In this document: positions 1 to 10,256 of the stretch, piece by piece
Position numbering within the stretch: the first letter of the stretch is position 1
Layout of the letters: every line of letters begins with the position of its first letter
Sequence record: KM607001
Direction: 5' to 3' (one strand)
Source of the DNA: Enterobacteria phage RB33
DNA length: 64,000 nucleotides
Translations under genes and position numbers: made by a program
The notes under the pieces: model-generated
Told to the model about the DNA's origin: nothing
Database searches by the model: none
Seen by the model: the letters and a program-made list of their open reading frames with translations, nothing else

Positions 1-2178
1 TTAGGCCGCAAGGGCCTTCATAGTTTTAGCGATTTGGGAAACTTCATCATCACTTAAAGAGTTGCGATAACCGATGAAGTCGGAAACAATACGGAATTTC
101 TTGGTAAACTCAGCAACCATTTTATCACTGTTTTTTGAAGCATTATTTGATAATACATCAAAAAGATTAGTTACTGTCCAGATGTCATGACCAATGGTAT
201 CTTTTCCACCATTAAAATATACACCCTGTAATGAACTAACCATATTAGCGAGTCGTGTATATTCTTCAGAAACTTCATCTACACTGAAGTACTTCATCAT
301 AAAATCTAGCTCAGGATACTTGATAATTTTATCAATATATCGTTTAGCTGAACTTGAATAACCTACATACTTATCATAATCTACATCATCAAAAGCATCT
401 ACATATAAATCACGTAAAGCTTCAAAAATACATTGGCACTGACCGAGTTCTTTTACCTTTTTCTGTAAAAGCGGACGAATAACATAAAATTCATTAATGC
501 CAATAAGATTAGCCATACGAATCAAAATATTCATAGATGGATGACAAAGAGATGTAGTACCATCCATAGAGAAAATATCAGAACGATGCATATACGCTAC
601 ATAACCAGTAATTTCATCTGCTTCTGACGTGAGCGTAAATAATTCCTCTTTTTCCCAGCGCCCGTCTTTAATTTCAAACTTAAATGCTGTAGCAGCTTTA
701 GGACGAGGAGCTTTACTTTTAACTACCTTTGGAATATAGCTTTTAACTAAAGCTTCAATTTCTGACAAATAATGAATGTTAACTTCATCACTTTCAAACA
801 TCGCCATAATGTCAGGAAGCAAATCAATCTGCGATTCTACTTCTGGATTAATAAACAGAAGGCGTTCGTTGTGATGAATATTTAAAGTGTTATTAAATTC
901 ACTATCATCTAACGCATGTGCTAATCCACGGACAATATTAACACGATTTTTAATATTATCAATAACGATATTAATTTTTGTTGTATTAATACCAAACAGA
1001 CGATAACTTGATGCAATGGCTGAAGTTTCATGACTTTGCTTAATGCGTTTCAGTCGAGGGTCAAGATTTACTTCATACACAACTCCTGCATTGCATAACT
1101 TACTGTCAGGTTCAAACATGCTTTGCATCTTTTTATATGACAGATTTTTAGTCGTGAATTTGACTGAATTACTAATCATATAATCTCGAGCAGAATACCC
1201 CATCTTCATCAATTCACGGTATGTGTGACGAGGAGATGTAGATTCTTTAAATCGTTTTACATCTTCATTAAATGCTTTCTCACTAAGCTCTTTAACTCGT
1301 TCAATAATATTTTTACGAGTACGATCATCCAGTGAAAGAGCTTCACGAGATGGAGCAATATCAAGTGAACCCATTGGAAACTTAATGTAATTCACTTCAT
1401 TGCGAATGCTTAGCCAGTTACGGTCTCTAATAACACCATCGATAGGATAAACAATACCACCATAGATAGCATATAATCCACCACGATCAGGCCAGTATCT
1501 TTCTGGATTTACGCCGTAATAATCATCAAAATCCGGAAAATAATCAATTTCGCGGTCAAGACCATTAATGATAGCCAAATCTTTGAATGGTCGCATGATA
1601 TAAGAAACTTCATAAGCAAAGTTTCTAAAGTCTTTTTCTTCAACTGGAACTACGATTTCAATACCAGTTTTATCATCTGGACCCATTTCTTTTACGAATG
1701 TAGGTTTAATCTGTGGTCCATCACCATCCATGTAAGCTACATAACCACGAATTTCACCTTTATGATACGAAGTAATACTAAACGTATCAGTATAACTAAA
1801 CGGAGATTTAGAACCTAAACCAAATCCGCCAATGAAATCGTTAGATTCAGCCTTAGATGAACTGAAGTATGAATTATACAGACCAGGAGAATTATCATCA
1901 CCCTGAATATCAAAATCACTCATACCCGGACCAAAATCTCGACAAACAAATCGCGGATCTAAACGTCCAGGAACTTGTATAATAAATTTTTCAGGATTTC
2001 CATTAAGTGCATGAGCATCAATCATGTTAGTAATCAATTCACGGACTACTGCGCGAATCTTGTTTGTATACAAATCAGATGACAGAATTTTAAATACTTT
2101 AGGAGATGCTGTGATGCTAAATGCTTTTGATTTAGAACCATTACCAAGAATTGTTTCTTTTTCAGTGGTGATAATCAT
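1..2178 (-). CDS. rIIA: rIIA protein, complete (725 aa); stop codon at window edge
   Basis: 725-aa ORF; N-terminus [16 protein letters not shown] and length match T4 rIIA as remembered. Confidence 0.9.
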   Translation of the reverse strand: MIITTEKETILGNGSKSKAFSITASPKVFKILSSDLYTNKIRAVVRELITNMIDAHALNGNPEKFIIQVPGRLDPRFVCRDFGPGMSDFDIQGDDNSPGLYNSYFSSSKAESNDFIGGFGLGSKSPFSYTDTFSITSYHKGEIRGYVAYMDGDGPQIKPTFVKEMGPDDKTGIEIVVPVEEKDFRNFAYEVSYIMRPFKDLAIINGLDREIDYFPDFDDYYGVNPERYWPDRGGLYAIYGGIVYPIDGVIRDRNWLSIRNEVNYIKFPMGSLDIAPSREALSLDDRTRKNIIERVKELSEKAFNEDVKRFKESTSPRHTYRELMKMGYSARDYMISNSVKFTTKNLSYKKMQSMFEPDSKLCNAGVVYEVNLDPRLKRIKQSHETSAIASSYRLFGINTTKINIVIDNIKNRVNIVRGLAHALDDSEFNNTLNIHHNERLLFINPEVESQIDLLPDIMAMFESDEVNIHYLSEIEALVKSYIPKVVKSKAPRPKAATAFKFEIKDGRWEKEELFTLTSEADEITGYVAYMHRSDIFSMDGTTSLCHPSMNILIRMANLIGINEFYVIRPLLQKKVKELGQCQCIFEALRDLYVDAFDDVDYDKYVGYSSSAKRYIDKIIKYPELDFMMKYFSVDEVSEEYTRLANMVSSLQGVYFNGGKDTIGHDIWTVTNLFDVLSNNASKNSDKMVAEFTKKFRIVSDFIGYRNSLSDDEVSQIAKTMKALAA

Positions 2179-2188
2179 AATTTCCTCA

Positions 2189-2392
2189 TTAATTCATATT
2201 ACGCTTAATAACTTCAGCAACTTCTAGTAGTTCATCTTTAGTTGCGGTGTCAGATTGAATTTTATCTCTAATATCTTTAAAGCGGTTTTTAAATTCTTCG
2301 GCTTCTCCCATATCGAAAAAGCGTTGAATGATTCTATATTCTCGATGAACTGCTTTATCAAAAAGTTCTAAATTTACTTTATATGATTTCAT
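2189..2392 (-). CDS. hypothetical small protein (rIIA.1 position)
   Basis: 67-aa ORF in track, immediately upstream of rIIA on the same strand. Confidence 0.6.
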   Translation of the reverse strand: MKSYKVNLELFDKAVHREYRIIQRFFDMGEAEEFKNRFKDIRDKIQSDTATKDELLEVAEVIKRNMN

Positions 2393-2417
2393 TTCAATAT
2401 CCTCATTTGCCCAATTA

Positions 2418-2447
2418 ATTATACCACATCCTTGTGGTAAAGTAAAC
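2418..2447 (-). promoter_or_regulatory. T4-type early promoter (GTTTAC-18 bp-TATAAT) upstream of rIIA.1/rIIA
   Basis: minus strand reads GTTTACtttaccacaaggatgtggTATAAT; hexamers at 2442-2447 and 2418-2423. Confidence 0.6.
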
Positions 2448-4267
2448 TACTGGCTCATCCATTCTTTACGAAGGTCAGCGTTATCTCCCATGAGCATTTC
2501 AAAAAGCTCTTTCCAGTTCTCAGGAAGTTTAACAACATCATATACTGGATTTTGAATCATCTCACGATATTCAGATTTTTCCAAAGAGCCAAGTCCTTTA
2601 ATATAACGGATGCTATGTTTAGGTAGAGCATCTTTGGCACTCTCATATTCAGCGACTGTATAAAACCATTCTTGTTTTTTGCCGACCTGAGCGATGATTA
2701 CAGGAGTTTTGACAAAACGAATTCGTCCTTGCTCAAACAATTCTGGCCAATTACTAAAAAATCCGAGCAGAGAAGGATAAATGCTTCCTAGACCATCATG
2801 GTCAGCATCAGTCATAATAGCAATATTATGATAATTCAAGTTTTCAGCTTTTTCACCAAGAACTAATCCAGTGATTGCGCAAATATCAAATAGTTCTTTG
2901 TTTTTAAGCATATCAGCATATGACATACCCCAACTGTTGAGAACTTTACCACGTAATGGATAACCACCATGAAGTTCTTTATCACGAACATCAATAAGAT
3001 ATCCGATAGCCGAATCACCCTCAGTCAAGAACAATGTAGTATCAGCATCTTTACCACAAAGATTCGCTTTAATATGTTTATGAACCTTAGCTTTAGAAGC
3101 CTTTTTAGCTGCTTTAGTTTCTGCTGCTTTTTCTGCCGCCAATTTACGAGCCAAAGCAGCTTCAATAATCGGCATTAAAATTGCTTCATTATTTAGAATA
3201 GCACGTGAAATCTTTTTAGCATCAAGTTGAATATGACTACGAATTTCGCCAAATGGAGAAGTCAAACGCTCTTTAGTTTGAGAATCAAATCGCATGTTTT
3301 TCATATCACGAACAAACATAACGATAGTCAAACATTCTTTGACACGTGCTTTAGTTACATCAATTTTGAACTTACGTTTGATTTGTGGAATAAGGTCTTC
3401 ACAAATATCATCCATAACACAGTCAATGTGATGGCCACCATTCTTAGTGTGAATGTTATTCACGTAAGTTAATTGACGAAATCCATCCGGTGAACGACCA
3501 ACCGCAATAGAACAATTTTCTTGCTCTTGAACAATAGCATGTTCATCATACTGCCGTGCATATTTCTTAAAATTACCCTGAACCTTTTTACCATTAAAGG
3601 TAAATTGAATATCAGGATAAACAACAGCAAGTGTCTGGAGACGATCTAATGTAATGTCAAGATAAACTTGGGACAACTCATTAGTTTCAAATGACATAAA
3701 ATCAGGAATGAAAGTAACACGAGTTCCTTTCCATTTTCCAGGAATATCTTCCCATGATTTATTTTCCATGCCATTTGAACAACGAACTACAATATTATTT
3801 TGACCATCACCAGTTTCACCGACAAACATCACAGAAAAAATGTTTGTCAAACTAGAACCAACACCGTTCATACCGCCGGTGACGCGTTCTTTATCATCAC
3901 CGAAGTTACCACCTGCTTTTGGAATAGTCCATGCAGCAACAGGACCAGGAATTTCTTCACCGGTAGGTGTTTTAACCATCGCCTGTGGAATACCGCGACC
4001 GTTATCTTCAACTGTTACTTGATTGTTTTTAATAGTAACATTAATTTTATTTGCGAATTTAAACTTAGTACGAATACCTTCATCTACTGAGTTATCGATA
4101 ATTTCATCAATAAGCTTAACAAGACCAGGTACATACTGAACACTTTCCCATTTACCAAACAGAAAGCGCTCATGCATTTCATTAGCTGAAGAGCCAATGT
4201 ACATGCCGCTACGCTTTTTGATATGTTCAATATCGCTCAGAATTTTAATTTCATTCTTAATCATCAC
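2447..4267 (-). CDS. 39: DNA topoisomerase II large subunit (GyrB-like ATPase), contiguous gene 39 (606 aa)
   Basis: 606-aa ORF with GHKL ATPase and toprim-like motifs (NGRGIP, TEGDSA); one uninterrupted reading frame. Confidence 0.9.
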   Translation of the reverse strand: MMIKNEIKILSDIEHIKKRSGMYIGSSANEMHERFLFGKWESVQYVPGLVKLIDEIIDNSVDEGIRTKFKFANKINVTIKNNQVTVEDNGRGIPQAMVKTPTGEEIPGPVAAWTIPKAGGNFGDDKERVTGGMNGVGSSLTNIFSVMFVGETGDGQNNIVVRCSNGMENKSWEDIPGKWKGTRVTFIPDFMSFETNELSQVYLDITLDRLQTLAVVYPDIQFTFNGKKVQGNFKKYARQYDEHAIVQEQENCSIAVGRSPDGFRQLTYVNNIHTKNGGHHIDCVMDDICEDLIPQIKRKFKIDVTKARVKECLTIVMFVRDMKNMRFDSQTKERLTSPFGEIRSHIQLDAKKISRAILNNEAILMPIIEAALARKLAAEKAAETKAAKKASKAKVHKHIKANLCGKDADTTLFLTEGDSAIGYLIDVRDKELHGGYPLRGKVLNSWGMSYADMLKNKELFDICAITGLVLGEKAENLNYHNIAIMTDADHDGLGSIYPSLLGFFSNWPELFEQGRIRFVKTPVIIAQVGKKQEWFYTVAEYESAKDALPKHSIRYIKGLGSLEKSEYREMIQNPVYDVVKLPENWKELFEMLMGDNADLRKEWMSQ

Positions 4268-4319
4268 TTATCCTCGTTTGGTTTCGGGAATATTATACTC
4301 CAATAATCATAAAGCTAAA

Positions 4320-4335
4320 GGCCCGAAGGCCTTTT
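4320..4335 (-). terminator. GGCC-CGAA-GGCC hairpin followed by T-run
   Basis: aaaGGCCCGAAGGCCtttt directly downstream of the 4334..4603 ORF. Confidence 0.5.
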
Positions 4336-4603
4336 ATTTAAAACGAATAGTCGAATCCTTGAAGAATAGTCCAGAACATACTGTTCCTTCTACTTTCTGC
4401 CCAGTAGGTCCAATAGCACGAAATCCAGTATGCTGGAAATCATTTTCAGAGCAACCGAACCAATTATATCCAGTGATTTCAATATTAGTAAAACCGCTTG
4501 AAGACAAAACTTTGGTTGCATTATCAGCATCAGTACATCCTATTAAAGACACTGCTAATACTAATGCTGCAATAGAACGATTAACATATTTCATAATTTT
4601 CAC
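4334..4603 (-). CDS. putative lipoprotein (signal peptide + lipobox LIGC)
   Basis: 89-aa ORF; N-terminal hydrophobic segment ending LIGCTD. Confidence 0.6.
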   Translation of the reverse strand: MKIMKYVNRSIAALVLAVSLIGCTDADNATKVLSSSGFTNIEITGYNWFGCSENDFQHTGFRAIGPTGQKVEGTVCSGLFFKDSTIRFK

Positions 4604-4971
4604 TTAAATTTAATGGCTTGAAGAAGACTAATAACTCTCAAGCGACTTCTTTCATCTTTAACTGTAAAGGAAAGAGGGTCACCAGATTTCATAGTGATAG
4701 TGCATCCAAAATCAAAATCTTCTGTAACTTCTTCGAATAGGTCAAATTCTTCATCATAAATTAGAACATTACTCTGAAAACTGTGAAGAATTTTTCCATC
4801 ATTTCCAGATGCTGTACTAATCATTGTAACATTATTACCTTTCATATCTTCAACGATAAATTCGCTTGTAGATATTACATTACTAATAGAACCATTCCTA
4901 TAAATAGCAGAAAATAGATATTTCTTTTCTTCACCTTCGCGAATGCGATATTTCTTACCGATTTTAAACAT
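4600..4971 (-). CDS. hypothetical protein
   Basis: ORF in track (4600..4977); start moved to the ATG at 4971 because the track start is GTG. Confidence 0.5.
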   Translation of the reverse strand: MFKIGKKYRIREGEEKKYLFSAIYRNGSISNVISTSEFIVEDMKGNNVTMISTASGNDGKILHSFQSNVLIYDEEFDLFEEVTEDFDFGCTITMKSGDPLSFTVKDERSRLRVISLLQAIKFK

Positions 4972-4973
4972 AA

Positions 4974-5150
4974 TCACCCTTTAAGTAAGTCGTAAAATCC
5001 ACCATTCACATGCTTAGGAGCGGAAACTAACCGAATAGCAATCCGATGACAATCAGGACATACATCAGTATCTCTTTCAGAAATTTTCTTGATTTTTTCG
5101 TATTCTTTTGCACAGTCTTTGGATTGACATTTATAATCATAAAGAGGCAT
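4974..5150 (-). CDS. small zinc-ribbon protein (58 aa; CxxxxC...CxxC)
   Basis: hand translation checked by coordinates: MPLYDYKCQSKDCAKEYEKIKKISERDTDVCPDCHRIAIRLVSAPKHVNGGFYDLLKG; below the 60-aa track cutoff; fills the gap between flanking genes. Confidence 0.55.
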   Translation of the reverse strand: MPLYDYKCQSKDCAKEYEKIKKISERDTDVCPDCHRIAIRLVSAPKHVNGGFYDLLKG

Positions 5151-5152
5151 AA

Positions 5153-5566
5153 TTATTCCTTAAAGTGAGCTTTCAACATCTGATACAAGGACCATGCTTG
5201 TTCATTATTTTCAATAGTAACTTTCATTACCGGGAATTCAGATGGTTCAGTTACTGGTGCAGGGTCTTCCTGCTCTTCAGCAGCCTGATATGGATTTTCC
5301 ACTTCATTAAAGAACTCGGCTTCGTTGCTAGAAAGCCAGATAAAGTTTTCGTCAATGACTGTACCTCGTGATGAATATCCAACTATGCCAGTAGATGTCA
5401 CAATTTTAGTAGGACGCCCGTAATAGTCAACATCTAAAATTTTAAAAGGTTCCATACCTAAACGCCGCGCATAGATTCCGTTATCAGTATGGTCTTTAAT
5501 AAAATTTTCTTGAGCTTGTTTATTTTTGAATTGATACCATTTATTAACTTCAAATTTAATAGCCAT
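5153..5566 (-). CDS. hypothetical protein (goF position)
   Basis: ORF in track; start moved to internal Met (MAIKFEV) that abuts the upstream gene. Confidence 0.5.
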   Translation of the reverse strand: MAIKFEVNKWYQFKNKQAQENFIKDHTDNGIYARRLGMEPFKILDVDYYGRPTKIVTSTGIVGYSSRGTVIDENFIWLSSNEAEFFNEVENPYQAAEEQEDPAPVTEPSEFPVMKVTIENNEQAWSLYQMLKAHFKE

Positions 5567-5781
5567 TAATAAATTTCCTTCCAATAAGTTGTGCCATTTT
5601 CAGTAATTTCACGAAATACACCATAAATTGGTTGTTTATCACCGACTTTCTCATACACATAAACAGAAGTCAAGTGAGTAAACTTGCTAGTATGTTCCTT
5701 TTGAACTACTACCAAATTTGGATCAAATAATACATCTTCAAATTCATCATTAGTGCAATTCTGAACAATTTTACGTTTCAT
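5566..5781 (-). CDS. hypothetical 71-aa protein (cef position)
   Basis: ORF in track, co-directional with neighbours. Confidence 0.5.
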   Translation of the reverse strand: MKRKIVQNCTNDEFEDVLFDPNLVVVQKEHTSKFTHLTSVYVYEKVGDKQPIYGVFREITENGTTYWKEIY

Positions 5782-5952
5782 TACAATTTCCTCATTAATT
5801 GAACATTGGAGCGATGCGTTTCAGAAGAGTAGCAGCACCTTTGGCGAATTTTCCATTTTATTCTCCAAGTTGTTTTCTGTATCAGTAGTTGATATTGATA
5901 TAGTACCATAATCAACTACTGATGTATATAGTTTTATGAAAAATTTTAAACT

Positions 5953-6450
5953 TTATGCACAGCGAGCTTTGCTATAGTGTTTAATCCAACTTTCAGGAAT
6001 GACTTTGTATGTTCCTAAAAATACCGCATTGTACAGCTTAACACCATCTTCTACCCATTGATCGGTAATGTATGCACACATAGCGCGAGTACGATGTTTT
6101 TGAACAACCCCTTCCTCATCTTCGGTAAATTCGAATTCATAAGGAGCAATGAACTTAATAGCCTGACCGAGTTTCCACTTAAAGTCTACACCTACGTGCG
6201 AAGTATCAATCGTTTCAATTCCTTTAGCAGGAACAGCTTTCAAAAACGCAGATTCAAGAAATTTCGCACGAACATAGCCAAACTGAGGTTTAGACTTTCC
6301 ATCTTTAGGAATGATACGCACTTTTACTTCAGAATCTTCATCTTTAACACCATGCTTAAGCTGAATGCTTACAATTTCGACCAATTTTCCTGCTGCTTTA
6401 GAACGGGATTTATCAGATACACGAGCAATTTCACCAATATTAATAATCAT
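5953..6450 (-). CDS. motB: MotB-like protein (165 aa)
   Basis: size and position between the 39 region and dexA as in T4; shares a C-terminal domain with the next ORF. Confidence 0.55.
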   Translation of the reverse strand: MIINIGEIARVSDKSRSKAAGKLVEIVSIQLKHGVKDEDSEVKVRIIPKDGKSKPQFGYVRAKFLESAFLKAVPAKGIETIDTSHVGVDFKWKLGQAIKFIAPYEFEFTEDEEGVVQKHRTRAMCAYITDQWVEDGVKLYNAVFLGTYKVIPESWIKHYSKARCA

Positions 6451-6526
6451 AGTTATCTCTCACTTGTTAAAAAGATTTTATACTCCACAGGACCATTATA
6501 CTCTGGTCCCAAGAGTTTGTAAACTA

Positions 6527-7066
6527 TTAATTCAAAATAGCTACCACTGCACTACGAGGTACTACGCTAAAATCACCTGCATGAACAACGTTCAGAAGTT
6601 CAACGCCATCTTCAATCCATTGGTCTGTTACCCAGCCACAGACCGAAATAAATGGAGTCTTGATAGCTACCGCACGAGTCAGAAGGTCAGTAGGATCAAC
6701 TTCTTGGAAGAGGATAATCTCTGCTTCAAAGACTATAGTTTTAATTACTTCATCATTATCTAAGCGGTGTACTCGAATCGCATAAGCTTTATTCTTATTA
6801 TACCAGTTACTTTTTGAAAAGCTTTTAACCACAAACTCGCCTTCACCAAAAACATTAGTCAATGCTTTATAACCCAAATTTAGTTCAGTAGTTTTAATTT
6901 CAGTTTCAACCAGTTTGTAGGTTTTGCCGATTTCAATAGCGGTAGTCATAGTAGGTTCCTTAATTTCCAGTGGTTTAACAGGGCATACATAAGTGCTTAC
7001 AACATCAAAATCAATCAGTTTAGCTACCGGATTTGGTATGTATTCAGGATTATAATTAAATTTCAT
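6527..7066 (-). CDS. MotB paralogue (motB.1 position), 179 aa
   Basis: C-terminal region (VTDQWIEDGVELLNVV) similar to ITDQWVEDGVKLYNAV of the 5953..6450 product. Confidence 0.55.
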   Translation of the reverse strand: MKFNYNPEYIPNPVAKLIDFDVVSTYVCPVKPLEIKEPTMTTAIEIGKTYKLVETEIKTTELNLGYKALTNVFGEGEFVVKSFSKSNWYNKNKAYAIRVHRLDNDEVIKTIVFEAEIILFQEVDPTDLLTRAVAIKTPFISVCGWVTDQWIEDGVELLNVVHAGDFSVVPRSAVVAILN

Positions 7067-7068
7067 AA

Positions 7069-7688
7069 TTATCTCATTTCAATAAAATCTACGAGTTCGG
7101 CATAGGATTTACGGAACATTACTTGATGCCCACCAATGATAACTTGGTCATCTGGTACTTCGTATACAGCAAGATAAAATCCTTTCGAAGATAATTCTTC
7201 CCGCTCTTCTCGCGTGAACCATCTCATCATATCATACTCACTAGCGAAAGCAAAATGATAAAGAGCTATAAACCATCCTGGAATATGATATTCTACTCCA
7301 ACATAATCTTTCTTGAACTTAGTATTAATTACTATATTAGCGTTTTTAACTAATAGTTTATCTTCGTGTGGTAAAGGAATTCTTTTATTATTATCGCTAT
7401 GATGCGATATTCTACTCCAACATAATCTTTCTTGAACTTAGTATTAATTACTATATTAGCGTTTTTAACTAATAGTTTATCTTCGTGTGGTAAAGGAATT
7501 CTTTTATTATTATCGCTATGATGCATAAAATTAGGTCTGTCATAACCTACGTGTAATAGCCACTCTTCACTCCATGAATCTATTATACTCCTGTACGGCG
7601 TTATTTGAACACAAAGATTTCGACGTATTGTTATAGCATCTTCATAATCAAGAATACTAAACGATGATTCAACACGATAAATTTTCAT
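7069..7688 (-). pseudogene. motB.2-position gene disrupted by a 119-bp tandem duplication (frameshift, premature TAG at 7350)
   Basis: ORF from ATG 7688 reads through copy 7406-7524 in frame, then out of frame in copy 7287-7405; removing one copy restores a 166-codon ORF ending at TAA 7069-7071. Confidence 0.6.
7287..7524. repeat. perfect tandem duplication, 2 x 119 bp
   Basis: 7287-7405 and 7406-7524 are identical base for base. Confidence 0.9.
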
Positions 7689-7751
7689 TTTATTATCCTC
7701 AGTAGCTATGGTGTTATAATACCACAACTAACCGAGGAAGTAAATAACTTT

Positions 7752-8435
7752 TTATCGTTTTGTTGGAAGAGACAGAGGATCGCAATCTTCCTCTGACGGA
7801 GCATCTTCAAGACCCATAGCGTATCGCAAAGCATACTTCATCATCAGGATGTCTTTCGCACAGTCATGAATAGAATTATGCGCAACGAATCCATCTAAAG
7901 TTCCCTTTGGAAGGGGACACGTTGTCATATCACGAACAAGCAGAAGTGCTTCAATTCTGGTACGAATATCACGCTGATTCCAGAATTTACATGGTTCTAA
8001 CTTAAATGTATCAAGCTCATTCTCGGAAACGCCGTTAAGACGTTGAATATCGCGAATGAGATCGACTAAAATTGGAAAATCAAACGACATTCCACGGCAC
8101 CAGCCTTGAGATTTCCAAGGATCGATATTATGTGCATTGATGTAATCATTAAATTTTGCAATACCATCAATGGTGCTTACATCTTCATCTGATGGTGCAA
8201 TATTTTTTCGAGCTTCAGGAGATTGATTCTTCCACCATTCGATAGTGCTTTTAGTAAAAAGACGATGTCCTTTTTGGCTTTTTAAATCAAACTTGATTTT
8301 AATGCCGCGTGAAACTAATTCATCAAATGTTTCAACTACTTCTGGATTAGGGTCAAAGGCAATAACAGCCAAATCAATAACAGCTGCCTTTTCACCGCTT
8401 CCCATTGTTTCAAAATCTATAATAAAATCAAACAT
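7752..8435 (-). CDS. dexA: exonuclease A (DnaQ-like 3'-5' exonuclease), 227 aa
   Basis: 227-aa ORF with DEDD-type motifs (FIIDFETMG, HNSIHDCAKD); length as T4 DexA. Confidence 0.85.
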   Translation of the reverse strand: MFDFIIDFETMGSGEKAAVIDLAVIAFDPNPEVVETFDELVSRGIKIKFDLKSQKGHRLFTKSTIEWWKNQSPEARKNIAPSDEDVSTIDGIAKFNDYINAHNIDPWKSQGWCRGMSFDFPILVDLIRDIQRLNGVSENELDTFKLEPCKFWNQRDIRTRIEALLLVRDMTTCPLPKGTLDGFVAHNSIHDCAKDILMMKYALRYAMGLEDAPSEEDCDPLSLPTKR

Positions 8436-8677
8436 TAAATTTTCCTCGCTAAATCGCGAATTTGGCCTACAGTATAGTCTTGAATATAAACTTTATTAAT
8501 AGGTTCATCAATAAATTTTGCCATAGATTCAATATCTTTTTGCATCTCTTCAAGACTGTATATTATCTTTAAAGCTTTTTCGCGAATAGTAATATTTTCA
8601 GGACCAGAATTTTTCTCAATGACAGCTTTAACATTTGTCATAAGAGATTTAAACTGACACCAACTTAATTCAATCAT
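8435..8677 (-). CDS. hypothetical protein
   Basis: ORF in track; start moved to internal ATG that overlaps the upstream stop (ATGATTGA). Confidence 0.45.
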   Translation of the reverse strand: MIELSWCQFKSLMTNVKAVIEKNSGPENITIREKALKIIYSLEEMQKDIESMAKFIDEPINKVYIQDYTVGQIRDLARKI

Positions 8678-8930
8678 TAATAACCGCCTTATAAAGATGG
8701 CTAATTTCACCTAAAATGTAATCACTGATTGTAACAGTTTTTACTTCACCACAAAAGAATTCTAACGCAATCAAATCTCGTTCAATTTCTTCCAATTGAA
8801 GCATTAACTTGCCTGATTCAGTTTTCACATTTTTGCGATTTTTGCTATAAGCTATTTCATAAATTTCGCTTACTTTATCTTGAAGAAGATAAAACTGATC
8901 TTTAGTTATTTCCACGAATAGCTTCCTCAA
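8670..8930 (-). CDS. hypothetical protein
   Basis: 86-aa ORF in track. Confidence 0.5.
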   Translation of the reverse strand: MRKLFVEITKDQFYLLQDKVSEIYEIAYSKNRKNVKTESGKLMLQLEEIERDLIALEFFCGEVKTVTISDYILGEISHLYKAVIND

Positions 8931-8936
8931 ATTTAA

Positions 8937-10256
8937 TCATACATAAAACACATCATAACGACCACGGGTAACACCAACATAAAGAAGCTGCTGTGCTAGT
9001 TCAGCATCTGCATAATGAATACAAGGTGTATAAATGAAAGCACGATCTACAGACATGCCCTGAGCTTTATGGAATGTTGACGCAGGAAGTGCTTTCACTT
9101 TACTGAACTGTGATTTAGCATCCCAAAAATCACTCCACGGAGCTTTTCCGCCTTTGTTCCAATTTTTATAAGTTTCTGCCGTTTTACCTAAAAATAAATT
9201 AAACTTATATAGCTCTTCATCAGATGAAATTATTTTAATCTTTTCACGATAATATTCATCATCGCCGTAAGTTTCTACTGTTAAATCCCAATGACGAATT
9301 AAGTATTCTCCAGAAACACCACGAGCTTTAACAAAGGTTGATGTATACTCTGCTTCTATAATACGAACTAATTGTCCGTTATTAAAAATAATTTCTGACA
9401 CAGGCTTTCCATCAATTTTATATGTTTTAATTAATGGTTCCTGCATTACAATAATTTCACCGACAATAAAATCTTTATCAGTTTCAAAAATCTTTTTACG
9501 AATAATGCTATTTAACTTGTCAACAGATTTATTCGTAAATGCCATTACGCGATTTTCAAACAAATCATCTAGTGATTTGACGATTGAAAAATAATTTACC
9601 ATAAAATCGCGTAAAGCGGTATCACCAGTAAATCCACGTACTCCATGCCCGTCAACAACTTTATCATAAATCCACTTACCATTACGAACATCAGTAGCTA
9701 CATCAATAATAGGAGCATTACTGCGTTTAACTTCAGTAAGTTCACACTGATAAAAATCTTTGTGTGTAAAGAATGGACTGATATAAGCAGTGTTTTCTCC
9801 TGGGTCAACAGGTCTGATTTGCTTATTATCACCTATTCCAATTATGGTACACCATGGCGGGATAGTTGAAAGCAGAATTTTAAATAGCTTTCTATCATAC
9901 ATTGACACTTCGTCGCAGATTAATACCCTGCATTTAGCTAAATCTGGTACTTCCTTCTGTTCAAAAAGAACATTTTCTTCATATGTTACCGGGTTAATTT
10001 TAAGAATGCTGTGAATAGTACTCGCTTCTTTCCCCGACAGTTTTGAAAGAATCTTTTTAGCTGCATGTGTAGGAGCTGCCAAAATGATACCAGTTTCGCC
10101 TGTTGATATTAAAGCTTCAATGATGAACTTAGTAAGAGTAGTCTTACCAGTACCAGCAGGTCCATTAATAGTTACATGATGTTTCTTTTCTTTAATAGCC
10201 CTCATAACGATGTTAAAGGCATTTTTCTGGCCTTCTGTCAAATCATCAAATGTCAT
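8937..10256 (-). CDS. dda: Dda DNA helicase (SF1B), 439 aa
   Basis: Walker A GPAGTGKT; 439 aa as T4 Dda. Confidence 0.9.
   Translation of the reverse strand: MTFDDLTEGQKNAFNIVMRAIKEKKHHVTINGPAGTGKTTLTKFIIEALISTGETGIILAAPTHAAKKILSKLSGKEASTIHSILKINPVTYEENVLFEQKEVPDLAKCRVLICDEVSMYDRKLFKILLSTIPPWCTIIGIGDNKQIRPVDPGENTAYISPFFTHKDFYQCELTEVKRSNAPIIDVATDVRNGKWIYDKVVDGHGVRGFTGDTALRDFMVNYFSIVKSLDDLFENRVMAFTNKSVDKLNSIIRKKIFETDKDFIVGEIIVMQEPLIKTYKIDGKPVSEIIFNNGQLVRIIEAEYTSTFVKARGVSGEYLIRHWDLTVETYGDDEYYREKIKIISSDEELYKFNLFLGKTAETYKNWNKGGKAPWSDFWDAKSQFSKVKALPASTFHKAQGMSVDRAFIYTPCIHYADAELAQQLLYVGVTRGRYDVFYV

Noticed and set aside
2024-2227. Plus-strand ORFs of 60-154 aa lying antisense inside strongly supported minus-strand genes (for example 2024..2227, 3800..4090, 6058..6522, 16603..16890, 32770..33153, 43229..43642)
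   Set aside because: They overlap well-supported genes on the opposite strand and lack convincing ribosome-binding sites; in an AT-rich genome such antisense frames arise by chance.
7287-7524. Treating the two tandem duplications as tandem-repeat or minisatellite elements
   Set aside because: Each has exactly two identical copies with no degenerate extra units, and one has junction microhomology, so they are better explained as recent duplication events (or assembly artefacts) than as repeat arrays.
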